Positions 52,301 through 64,000 of a stretch of 64,000 bases of DNA are shown piece after piece (within the stretch, counting starts at the first letter, position 1; the number at the start of each line of letters is the position of its first letter). Both the position numbers and the translations under genes were made by a program. The stretch is from Lingula anatina. Lineage: Eukaryota; Animalia; Brachiopoda. The stretch is from assembly GCA_051362555.1 (NCBI GenBank), contig CM120641.1, positions 2,108,001-2,172,000 of the forward strand, written 5' to 3'. The notes under the pieces are model-generated. The model had not been told where the DNA came from. It saw only the letters and a list, made by a program, of their open reading frames with translations, and did no database searches.

Positions 52301-52331
52301 TCTGATGTGAAATACACTGTAAGACGTCTAT

Positions 52332-52506
52332 GGCCCCATTCAGAACAAGGGACTAACTAGTCTGAGGGTCAAATATGGTGACCCACTACAAAGCTTGCCA
52401 TCTAATCCACTAATGGACACTGAATAGATATCCAGTGGGGAAATATTCAAGTGGGTCGGACATATTTGACCCTCCAACTAGTTTGCCCCCTGTTCTGAAT
52501 GGGGCC
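52332..52506. mobile_element. Harbinger-type MITE family C, copy 2
   Basis: ggccccattcagaaca..tgttctgaatggggcc|taa; colinear with 22632-22805. Confidence 0.88.
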
Positions 52507-53149
52507 TAACATTCCATCTGTTTGGAGAGGTATTGCAGTAGATTTTTGCTTATGGAAAGTTAAAGTGAAATATTGATACTTCTTTAAACAAACTCCCCAC
52601 CTTAAAGAGCAGTGACCATATAACTAGGAAGTTTTTTATTAACCAGGAAGTTTTTTTATTATATTGAGAAATGAACAGGCAGATCAAAATAAAGAGCATT
52701 TTATAATTTAAAAATTATCCCTCCCTGCCCCACCCGTCCAAAGTTCAGTGTGTGTTTGAAACTCAAAACATGTTTTTTATGCAGTTATTCTAGGAGAGAA
52801 GTTTTTTTTTTTTTTTTTTTTTTTTTTTGGGGGGGGGGGGGGGAGTCTCCTGATTTTCTTATTAAAGATGGCAGATTATTTTGCATTTTCTTTAAATTTA
52901 AATGTGTAAAGGTTTTGAAAATGTTTTGTGGCTGAAAACTGAACCGTGCAGTGAACGGGAAGTGCTCTTATCAGATAACAAATGTCTGGTTATAGTACTA
53001 AGATGAGGAAACATGGCACTTTTTCTTTAATCAAGGAAGTCATGAATGACTGGATTTTATCTGGGGATTGTTCCTGAGAAGTTAATTTTGTAGATATGTG
53101 TATGTATACATGTAATAGAAATCATCTAAAACAAGGTCTTTGGCACTGT

Positions 53150-53360
53150 GCGACACTGTACAATGTTAGAAAACGTACAAAAGTGACAAGCAAAACATGG
53201 TGAATTAGATCTGTTTTTTACCGGACTGAAATTCACCAGAAAACAATTTGTGGATAAATTTTGTCGGCTTTTCTCTGTTGCTGCACTATATTTGCTCGTG
53301 TTTCATTATTTCTGAGCACGCTCTCCTCCAAATCCTGTAAAATCTCGCTTGGATTTTCTG
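53150..53360 (-). repeat. Dispersed repeat family E, copy 4 (reverse)
   Basis: ccagaaaacaatttgtggataaattttgtc..ctctcctccaaatcctgtaaaatctcgctt is the reverse complement of copy 3 blocks. Confidence 0.65.
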
Positions 53361-55631
53361 CCAGGTCACCTGGCTGAACTGTCCTGTATGATTTGCTGTT
53401 GGTACTGAGAAGGCAGTGTTCTCTTTAGAAACAGGAGTGGAATTTCTTTGTGATTCTAACTTTATCTCATGTCATCCATCATATTACTGGCCATAATAGA
53501 TGCCTGAACTTCACTTGCAGTGATTGAAAAAAGGAAGGGTAGAGCATTTGTTTGTTGATGTTTTGATGGGATTTCTGGAAACTAGCACTGTTGTTTTTTA
53601 TACTCAGGGGTTTCCTTTTCTGAGAAATAGAAATCCTAGGTGTGGCAGCTCAGTTCGTCATAGCTGTAAAAATGAGGATTGATGTGTTTAAAAGCAGATT
53701 TGTTACCTTTATCTGTAAACAACATGTTGTGTTGTGGTCCTTAGCACCTAAGGTGGCTTCCAATTATTTGTTTGTGGAAAAGAAATTATCTTCTGAATGC
53801 TTATTATAGAGAATTTTGTTAAATTGCTTGAATTAGACAAAAATGATGAAATCTCTTATATTTGCTTTTCTTAGAATATTGACATTTATTTCTTTGTCCA
53901 TCAATAGATCCATACAGACATTCACACACACATATAAACACACATACCAAAACATTTTATTGCTCCACGAACATGATTTCTGTGCAGTTTCAGTTATATA
54001 GTTTATACATTCAAGTGGAAATTAAAAGACAGAGTCTCAGTTTACCCCTCCTCACTGTTCTCCATCCCACAGACCCCCACCCCCACCCCAAGATTCCCGT
54101 CTTAACCTCCAAAATCCAAAGCTGCTACAACTCGGGAAGATGATCTGAAAAAGTAGCCAGGTCTTGCCATATTTACCTCTGAACAGAGAGAGAGAGGAGC
54201 ATAATTAAGTCAGGTAGTCTAGATCTTCTGGATGTGAGGCTTATCCCAACACGTGTCCAGGTATCTTGAGAATGCCCAGTGTTTGCCATAGGGGGCCTTT
54301 ATCAGCGCAGCATCCATCTAAATGACGTATTAAACATTTGCTGATAGAAAAGGAGGATAGTTTGTTCTCCTGTGCGTGTGGATGCAGCCACCGCGGCACT
54401 AGTCAAAAGAGTGAAAATAGCTGTGCGCAGACAACTGCTGAGAAAGAGAGGCAGCACCAACTGTGCTTACTAATAGTTGGCCCTGTCTGGCGTCCTTCTC
54501 TCTCTCTTCCTTCACTCCATTGATGAACCCTGGTGAACTGTTCTCAGCTCTCCACATTATGAGGGTCAGATCTTGAATGGGACTGTAAGTATAATATTAT
54601 GGTGCTCATCAGAGTATAATATTATGATGGCGTAGTAAATTGCTTGGTAAATAGGATAAGTAGGGCAGGCTGCATGGTTACTAAGAAGAGGATGAATGGT
54701 GAGGATCAAGTTTTGCCACTTTTTGGACGGCAGTGTGAGTGGTATTCCCCCAGGAGCAGGTAACTGTTTACCTGTCTGAGTGACGGAGCCAAGTGATGAT
54801 TATTTAACAAAGTGATACAGGTAATGTCTTAATATACAACAGAGGTTGGGAAAACAAGACTTTGAATTTTTTGTGGTTTCTTTGATAGATGGAGGGGATA
54901 GGTTGAGGAAGCAGATGATGTATTGTGAGAGATATTTTTCATTGGAAAATTCTGAAGGGGAAACACAGAAAGACTTTGGAGAAAGACGCAAAGGAGTAAG
55001 GTTGTTATGGGTGATTAAGGTTTGAAGTTACAATAGTAGCCTTCTAACTTTAATTTTATCTACACCAGACGTGAAAGACTCTATGATTTGCTTTTTAAAC
55101 CAAAATAAATTACTCTTTTCATTTAAGAAAATTTTATTTGCTCTCCTGAATCAAGATGCATGGAAAGAAACATCCAGGATATTGCCCTGTCATACTCACA
55201 TAAAAACAACGGCTGCAGTTGTACTAAAGCAGTAGTATGTTGTTTTTATTGTCATATTGCTATTGCAGTAGCATTGATGCTATAGCCATGTTAATTGCTG
55301 CCATTAATCTGTGGTACCGTGACCCAGAATTACTCATTAAATAATTGCAACAGCTTATTGAACATTACCACCACTGTTGTCAATATTATGTGATACTGCA
55401 GCCAGGATCTTGTCAATGCTGTTAATACATATCTGCAGGACCTTAGGATAGCATGATAAGTCTGCTATGGCTAATGCCTGGAATGGGAGAGAAAACTCAA
55501 TTTAACTGCCCTGGGAATACATGACTGGAGAAAAAAAAATGGAAGAATTCTAAGAAAATGGGTTAACCCAGAAGTACATAGCAGGGAAAACTGCTGTGGG
55601 TTGTTCCTTGTTGCTTGTGGAGAGCAGACCA

Positions 55632-55882
55632 GAGCTCATTCTTGACAAACCTATCCATCTGCGTAGATCCAACCTTGAGGGGACTCTTGCTGATTGCAAT
55701 CTGATTAGCAGATTAACATGCCTCCTATTGTTTCCAATGTACTCTTATAAACACCAGCTTTTTATAATCTATTCAAGACCAGGGAGAGCTGTATTAATCT
55801 GTTAATTTGACTGCATTCAGCAAGAGTCCCCGCGGAGTTGGATCGATCTAGGTAGTATGATAGTTTCATTGGGACTGAGCCC
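55632..55882. mobile_element. Diverged MITE related to families A/B
   Basis: Arms tagatccaaccttgaggggactcttgctgattgca / tgcattcagcaagagtccccgcggagttggatcgatcta; ends gagctcattc / ggactgagccc. Confidence 0.65.
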
Positions 55883-58800
55883 TGGAAGTCTTGTGCAGGT
55901 GTATAGTATAGTATAGTATAGTATAGAGAGATGTTCATGTCTGTGTGAAATGATTTGTGTAATTTTGACAAGACATGACTGTAAATGATTCAGACTTCTA
56001 CCTCAACATAGAGAGGTCATCGCCCAGCCTTAGGAGAAAAAGCTGCACTTTGCTTACTATATGTGAGATAAAAGACTTGGACATCTGTTCACATCTCTTG
56101 ACAGTCAGATGTTTTTTTGATATATCATTATATTTGTACTATATGGAATTTTTTCATATTTTCATATCTGCTTGTAGATAAATCTGACCATCTCTTTTGT
56201 CCTATGTATTCCCATCTCTTGCATTCAATTTAGTGAGAAGTTTACAGCATGGTATGTGAATTTTGCAACTGTCCTTGAGAGAATGTTGATTGCATTGCAT
56301 TTTCATCCTGGTACCAACCTTTTCATGACTTAGTTTTTACTGAAACTTGAACCATTTCTTGCCTTGTTTGAGTCATTCTTTGAGATTATCTTGAACTTCT
56401 TGTTGTCTTTTTTGTTGGTTTTTTCTAGTTGTCTGTTTGACTGTGTTTGTGTTGATAAAAGATTGGCAAACAAGCACAGTCAGTAGTAGAAGTTTGTTTA
56501 AATATATACACTTGTTACAACTTAACAGCTCTGTGAGTTATACACGTGAAGCTAGCGAGTAAATTACTCAATCCGTCAAAGTGGCCGCAGTGAGAATAAA
56601 ATATCTGCTTTTCCAATGAGCTCAGCGCACAAAGCAAACTGGAAACAAGATTATTTTTATTCATTATTGCTGAATGATTTATGGACATTTATCTATTGAT
56701 TCTTGACTGTGAGTTGGCAGTGCTGCGTTATTTGGTGGCAGAGAATGGCAACCATATTCTCAGCTCTTGTGCACTATTTTTTATAATATTTTATAACATA
56801 TTAGCTTTTTTTTCTGCTTCCCACCTTATCTGACATATCTCACAGCTTTGGGAATACACGTCACATAAATCCATAATATATTCTAATCTTGTTCTATTGT
56901 AGTTATATTTGACACCAAATCAAGTACAGGAGGGAAAAGCTACAGTGACGTCTTTAAAGCTTTTATTTAATACACCATTGAATAGAGAGGAACTCGGAGA
57001 AAAAGGTCATCTCAGCACTTAAGGCATATTTGTTCTTCAATTTGTGGGAGTGGATTCGCTGCTAGTTTATAGGCAGGCCAGTGAAGCCCAGATGGAACAA
57101 ACCAGACAGTTTGAACTGCAGGTTCTCTGCAGTGGGAGAAAGTGATAGGGATAGTTGACTTTCCGTTCTGTTCCTTGTCTAACACCTGGTCTGTGAATGT
57201 GATCACTTAGTTGTGAAATTACACCCAGGCATAGAGAAGCTGCCACACTCTACAACACTCCCTGTGTATACTTGCTATAAAATTGAACACATTTACACTA
57301 ATGAGCTAATCGATAAAGCGTCGGGATTGTGCAAAGAAAAAAAGAGGTAATAAATTAGACATCGTGGAGAGTTTTGTTTCTTGGTAAATTGTGACCCAGC
57401 TGAACCTTTTTGAACTGGTTTTAAGATATTTTTTGGGTTGGAGTTATCAGAGTTGAATCTTTGATCGTTTTTCTTGGTATCAAATCAAGCTAGTATGGAT
57501 GGATCAGGCTATCTTGTCATTAATTTATACACATGTAGATGATTACATATATTTTGTGCCTAGAGGGAATTGGGGAGATACCTACCACATATAGCTTGCA
57601 CAAGCCTGTGTAATTGATAAATTAATTATCCTAGCAGTGTTGTCCTATCAGTCCTACATTTCTATGTACACTTGTAGGGTATAAAAACTTTGTGGAGTCA
57701 TAGCCTCTTTTACAAATGCCATTACCAGTTTTTTTGTCAGAGAAATGTTTTGTATTCAATCCTCCGTTATCGTTAATAATTCTATACATTCTGCCGAGTC
57801 ATTCTTGTCTAGCAGCATTTATTCCAACGATGACAGAACACATTGCTTTTTCCCCAGGTGAAAAGAAGGTTTACATTTTTTATAGAACTCACACAGAAAA
57901 AAACAACAACATACGAGCCTGGATAAGTCACTCCATGTACAAGTAGCTTATGATATGTTAATATTTCATTTTGCCTGCAGGTCAAATGTAATGAAATTAT
58001 TTTGTTATAAAAGTAGCCTGTCACTTCAGGTGGCCTGGAGAGCATGTATATAGCATTCTAGGAAGGACACCTGGTGGAGAGATCTTACCAGTGGTAGGTG
58101 ACTGAAGGAAGATGGTCAGACTTCCTTTGACAAGGAGGATGAAACTGTTCAGTTAACCATGTGTTATGATATGCACTTTTTGCACTTGTGATAGGCCAGG
58201 TCAGTCAGCTACATGAAATTCAGATATGAGACAAAAAAAGCCTTAAAAGTGATACTAGGATGTATAGCTCCTTGATCTGTTAATGTGAAGGTAGGCTCAA
58301 TGCTCCAAACAAGAAGGGGCAATTTTTTTGTGTTTAATTTATTTTTATTTATATTTTGCCAGTCAAGTATTAATGTTATTTGCTTCATATGGGTGCTATT
58401 AGATTATTTAGTGGGAGGTAAGTTTCTGGTAACCCAATTAGACTTTAAAGAAAAGGCAACAGTAGTGTTTTTAATTTAGAGAACAGTTTACATTCAAAGT
58501 TGCTTGACATGTAGGATGCATATTGTATCTCAGACAGCTTACAGAAAGGTGTCATATGAAAAGGAACTGTCTTAACACTACTGACTATTGTTGTGATCAT
58601 GCAGTTATGTGCTGTATTTGAGGAAGAACATCTCAGATACCATGGAGGTTGACACATAAGAGTAATTTCTCTCTTTCTACTGTGGGTGGTTGTGTTACAT
58701 CCAGGTGGGATGATAACACAAAGGAGGAAAATAACATGGATGATTGTGCAAAGATGGACATCATTGAATTCATCACTGCCAAGGCTGACTTTGCTGAAGT

Positions 58801-59804
58801 TGTATTTACCTTTGGAAATTGTGCTTTTGTGTTCAGCTTCCTGTTAGTGTATGTGCTATCAGTGTTTATTGCCTTTGGAATATTTACGTGGATTGCTTGG
58901 AACTAGTTATGAAAGTTGTTTCAGTCTATTATCTCTCCTCCTAGAACTGTCATAAGATGGAGAGGGGATGGTAAGACAACTTGAAACCACACTTTTTATG
59001 GGGAGCTGAGCTACCTGGTTACATGGAGGCCCCATTATCATTCCACTTACTTGGGATATATGTCTAAACACATTTAACTTTAACTCCAGTCCCCTGAGCT
59101 CGAAAACAAAACACTGAAACAAAACTGGCTGTACTAGTCTGGTAGCTGAGCTTTTACCTGGTGGTGTGTGCCTGACTGAGGTTAAAACAAGCCCATGTAA
59201 TGTATGTTATGTGTTCTAGTAATGTTAGAGGTTTAGCAACATTGTAAATTTACTGTGCACTACTCACTTGGAAGGATTCAGAGAAAATTGGACTTGAATG
59301 ATTTATAGGGTGCGGCCAACAATATGTTTACTCAAATTATTATTGCTAGTCGTGTTGTGAAGTTGTAACAGTTGGGTTATCTCTAGGCCATATGATAGGT
59401 ATTTCTATTATTACTATGTGTGTGCACTTACTATTCACAAGTAAAGTGACAATGTGTATGTGTGGGCTATAGGTGATAGAGGAATGGATTAAGCTAATAT
59501 GTGGTACACAACATGCACTATATTTGGTATCAAGGGATTAAGTGTGCAGTGGTTTGCAGATTGATTATATTTGCACATTTTTTGTTATTCTTTTATACCT
59601 CGTTAAGTAAAATTTTACTTGCTGTATTCTTCTTATATTGTAAATCACTCTGATCGCCTGTTTATTTTCAGTTTTTAGACTGATTTTGTGATTGCCAGTT
59701 GACACAGTACAATTTCCATATAAGATTTATTTAGAAACATGTTTATCACAATTTAAAATGGTTAAGTATTCCTCTGGTTAAGTATTCTTGTTGTTTCATT
59801 CTAG

Positions 59805-59864
59805 TTTGGGTGTGTCCGTGGCATCCCAGTGTGAGTGTTCCTGCACCCGCACACACTCACCACC
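59805..59864 (+). other. ZMIZ1: 5'-UTR part of the ZMIZ1 start-codon exon
   Basis: Pyrimidine tract plus AG at 59803-59804, 60 nt upstream of the ATG, implying upstream non-coding exon(s). Confidence 0.7.
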
Positions 59865-59924
59865 ATGAATGAGATGGACAGACATATTCAACAGACCAAT
59901 GACAGACTACAGTGCATAAAAACG
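59865..59924 (+). CDS. ZMIZ1: ZMIZ1 (zinc finger MIZ-type 1 / Zimp10) orthologue, first coding exon (CDS part), [20 protein letters not shown]
   Basis: Translation is nearly identical to the human ZMIZ1 N-terminus as I recall it ([20 protein letters not shown]). Kozak-like CACCATG; acceptor ttgtttcattctag ends at 59804; donor ACG|gtatgt at 59924/59925, phase 0. Confidence 0.96.
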
Positions 59925-59930
59925 GTATGT

Positions 59931-59931
59931 T

Positions 59932-59981
<50 letters not shown>
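59931..59981. repeat. (CT)n microsatellite just inside the first ZMIZ1 coding intron
   Basis: Dinucleotide run starting about 6 nt after the donor. Confidence 0.9.
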
Positions 59982-59985
<4 letters not shown>

Positions 59986-60869
59986 GTACACAAAATCCAC
60001 TTACATTAATATTTTAATAATGTTTTACAAGTATTGTTATCATGCCATATTGTACTGTGTTTGTACATAAACTTACAAACCATTTCTTAAAGTGTGCTGC
60101 TGTAAATAATTGTCTATCAAATTTAAACTCTAAACAACTGTGATGGTCCATAGTGAACACTTGCTGATGAGTCTTCTCTCCTTTTATGAATTGCCCATGG
60201 CAGACTTCACCAAACCTACATTCCGTGATGTCTTTCTTTTGTCATTTATGCAGTTTTAAGTTGATTTGATAATATCATAAAAGTGGGTGGGCAAAATGAG
60301 AGAAACTTGTTTGGGAGGGTTTTGTGCTATGAAGGTTGAACCAGCTCCACTGCAAATGGCAACGAGAAGCAGTTTGTCAGAAAATCAAGATGATTACTTC
60401 AGCCATAAATATGTAGGCGAGTCCCATTTCAAGTGTAAAAAAGCATCATGATTGAAACCAATCATTGTGGAGTTGATTAAGAAAGAAGGAGTGTGTAGGA
60501 CATTTAGGAGAAACTAATAGGACACGGAATACTTGGAGGTTTTGATAACTGTATCTTTCAACAAAACACTGAGAAATTTGACAAAAAAGGAGAAAGAGTC
60601 AATCCTAATCTGATAAAAGTCACAGAGTGTTGTTCAGACTTGAGGCTAGTACTCTTCACATATTCACATATATTCTGTACAATTTAGACATTCACTTCTG
60701 GTGTAAATCAGGTGAAAATCAAAAGTTCTGCAGCTGTAATGTATTTCAGCCCTGTAAACCTTCACAAGGTGCATTGTGAAATTGTAATTAAGCAATGTCT
60801 ACATGAATTTGTTGCAGTTCTTACCACAACATTTCTATCATGTTTCTCCTCTTTTTTTATTTCTCGCAG

Positions 60870-60983
60870 CACCTTGCCAATCCAGCAGGCTTTCAGAACG
60901 CTGCTCGCGAACTTCTAGAGTGGTGCTCTGATGCACGTGCATTCCAACGAGCATTTGAACAAGGCCTTATGGGCTGCTTGACG
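60870..60983 (+). CDS. ZMIZ1: ZMIZ1 orthologue, second coding exon, [38 protein letters not shown] (N-terminal TPR-like domain)
   Basis: Polypyrimidine acceptor tctcctctttttttatttctcgcag|CAC; 114 nt open in phase 0; donor ACG|gtgagt. Matches recalled human [38 protein letters not shown]. Not in the supplied ORF track in this frame. Confidence 0.96.
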
Positions 60984-63900
60984 GTGAGTTTTCTCATCTT
61001 TTTACCATAGTTTATTTTAGAGGCTAAGTGCCACATAAAAAGTTTATAACCTCAAAAATTATGATGGTATATTGAAAAGATGTTTACAGTGTATATTGGT
61101 AGTTGCATTTTGGTAAGTCACACATAGCCATAGAGTGCCTTTTGCAGATATTTCACATTTTTATAGCTTTACAAGATACTATCGATCGTATTATTATGTC
61201 AGTTTGGCAAATAAGTTTTGCAGATTTTATGATATTAGATGGCACAGATATTATTATTTCATGATTAATCTGTGAATCAATATTTAAGCTGTTGTTTCCC
61301 TCTCTAAATGGTATAAATGAACCGTAGGAATTTCAATTTGATATTGACCCTCCCGTTTCCGGATATTTCCACAGGAGGAGGAGGAGTAGGAATTGTTAAC
61401 CTTAGTTTACCACCAGGAATATTTAAAAGGGAAATATCGTAACTTACCCCAGCAGTCAAGCAGTTTGGTGAAACACATAATGCTCTAATTTTATTATCAT
61501 AACAAAGGAAGATTTATGTTTGATAACCTTGAAATGACTTGAATATGATGTTTAAAGCATTTAACCAAACTATAAAGTTTTATAGAAAAAAAAATGCACT
61601 ATGTTGAGAGATGTTTATGGATTTTACTAATTTCAAAAGTGATTATGGTAATGGTTGGATATAGAGGTCTAATTGAAGGAACTGAGTGAAGCTGACATTG
61701 GTCATGGATGGTAATACATGATCAAAATATAGTTCATGCGGTATTTACACCTTTAATTTTCACTTTTATGCCTTTAACTTGAGATTCATCGTGAAAATGT
61801 ATTCTGGTGCATGCACATGCACACACGCACACACGCACACACACACACACACACACCTGTCAATAAAGTAAAATTGGAATGGTTTTAGCTCTAAAAAGTG
61901 TGGAATGTTATTTAATTGTTTTGTACCTTTCTCCAACTGGCATAAATCCCGGTGTGGCTGTCACCCCAGCACAGGGCCTGGGACGCCCCCATACTGTTGG
62001 AGGGGTACAGGTTTCATACTTGACTGGCACAAAAATTATTTGTGGTGCTTAACTTTAAAATAATCCCCAAACGATGAATATTGTATTTCCTTGATCTGTA
62101 TTTCACAGCGGTGAGTGCAGACAAATGTAAAAAAGATGCCGTAGTCTTGCGATTAAATGGGCTATTAAAGTCTTCAGGAGCTGGGGATGATTTATTTATG
62201 GGGGGACAGTGTAATACTGGTAATGTTTCACCTGAATCAGAACTACACTGGTGTACAGATGCCCTGTGCTGTAGAAGCAGGTAGTAAATATTCATGGACA
62301 GTAGAGATGGTTCCAGTTACATAGGTTACCCACTCTGCATAGCAATTACATAGATTAGATTAAAGGCCTGTGGGCATGAGGCTGTGTAAAAGAGCCATAT
62401 TAGATGCATCTCTGAGGCTCTTAATGATTATTGCTGATTAAGTAATTGAAATATTGTGTCCTGATGCTGTTAGTTGACACTGTTTTTTCTGCTGATATGC
62501 AGTTGTTCGATTTGCTTGCGCCCATCCCTTTCCTTCCTGCTGTTTAAAAGCATTTGCAAATCAAATCTCGGAGAAAATGTTGCTTATGCGTAGCAAAGCG
62601 AAAAACAATCCAATCTATTCAGTTACTGACACTACTTTTCTTAATGCGTGAGGAGATTTGATATACATTGTTTTTGAAAATCAGATATTGATTTCAGCTG
62701 AATTGTTTTTTATTTTAAATCTTGGAAAAAGAAGAATATGTTCTTACACTCGTATGCATATACTCATGCACTGACACGTGCAACACATGCATGCACAAAC
62801 TTCTGAACAGATACACAAAGCACCATTTTCATCAACCCTCATCAAAAAATTGATCAAATATTCATATGGGCAAAACAAAACCACAACAGCCCACCTAAGT
62901 AACTTCACAGCTGGCTGGCCTATGCGTGTATTTAGAGCCCAGAAGTTTCTTTTTTTTTCTCTTCATAGGACTGACTCTGGATGTTTACATAGCGCATCTT
63001 TCTCCCATCTGTTACTAATCAGGTAACTAGGGCTAGGTATGCCGTTCCTTGGCCTCGGCTCATTCTTACTACATACCTCCGAGAGCACAGCGAGATGCTG
63101 CTGGAAACTCTGGATCTCTGGCTTGGAGAGTTTTTGAAGGAAATTGTTGTGAGAGGCTTCACAGCAATTTTTCTTAGTTTCCTAGCAAAGTTTTTTTTTA
63201 CATATCTTGAGTATTCAACTAAGGCAATTTTCAGTCAGAGGTTTCTGGAAAGTTTAGTGCTCTGTCTGTATTTTTTTGGCAACTTTTGCTTGATCTGAAC
63301 TTCCTGCAAGTGTATTTTTTTTAACTCTGCCAGATGTCTTATTATGATGAAGCAGATAGTAAAACTGAAGAAAAAACATTTAATGCACAAAATATTTTGT
63401 ACAAACTTGGTTCTACACAAAGCTGACATAAAAAAAACAAAAAAAAAAAATGCGCCCATGATTTTGCCCTGAAAATCTACTCTTAGCAACAAAAAAAATC
63501 ACCCCAGCTTTAGTCAGAACTAAAGAATATTTCCCCAAAAATGGTATGGTCAAAAATCAATAAATATTTCTTGAGATGGACCCCGGCACTGAGCTATTCC
63601 CAGCACAGGTAGAACTAGATTCTGGGACCAAATATAACTGGTCTGACTTGAACACCTAGGAGACGGTGATTTCATGTTGAAGTCACGGTGTCTAGGGAGT
63701 TCTAGCTGATCAATGCAAACCAACAGGATGGTTAATTGGGAAATATTCACAGCAAATCAAAGGAGATCAGAGACTGTGGAATATGAAAGTGGGAGTATGG
63801 AGAGAGAGAGAAAGACAGAGAGAAAGATCATCCTACACATGTTAAGCAAATCGGTTTACCTTCTTAATTGAATCAGAGGGGAGCAGATAATGCTGGTGTT

Positions 63901-64000
63901 TGCGGCACTTAGCCGTGGAGTGACATGATGAATGGCTTTATGATTGTAGCCAGGTTGCTGCAGCCAAACAACATAGTTGAGAGATGTTGATTTATTTCAA

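Noticed and set aside
63655-63700. Short hairpin cctaggagacggtgatttca / tgaagtcacggtgtctagg as a possible pre-miRNA
   Set aside because: Stem too short, no known seed recognised; more likely the centre of a decayed MITE.
61000-64000. Third ZMIZ1 coding exon (expected VVSRVAAQ..LGYRLLAVC)
   Set aside because: Not found by eye; presumably downstream of the window.

Overview
AT-rich, CpG-poor metazoan genomic DNA, probably from an invertebrate. It is not prokaryotic: no operons, rRNA, tRNA or CRISPR arrays were seen. The only coding sequence I can support is the first two coding exons of a ZMIZ1 orthologue on the + strand (59865-59924 and 60870-60983; [20 protein letters not shown]|[38 protein letters not shown]), with the rest of the gene beyond the window. 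The start-codon exon has a splice acceptor, so much of the preceding ~60 kb is probably 5'-UTR intron. A candidate non-coding exon with uORFs lies at 30247-30433. The non-coding DNA is full of non-autonomous transposons: PIF/Harbinger-type MITEs with TWA target-site duplications (including a triple cluster forming a ~430-bp inverted repeat), hAT MITEs, and a decayed RTE LINE with two nested DNA elements. The most complex is a 4.4-kb Helentron-type (HINE/DINE-like) element with a duplicated 5' end, a nested IS3EU-like MITE and an internal ~146-bp satellite whose monomers carry perfect nuclear-receptor DR1 motifs. Nearly all supplied ORFs look spurious. I found no clearly new gene system; the best leads are TE architecture and possible regulation of ZMIZ1.
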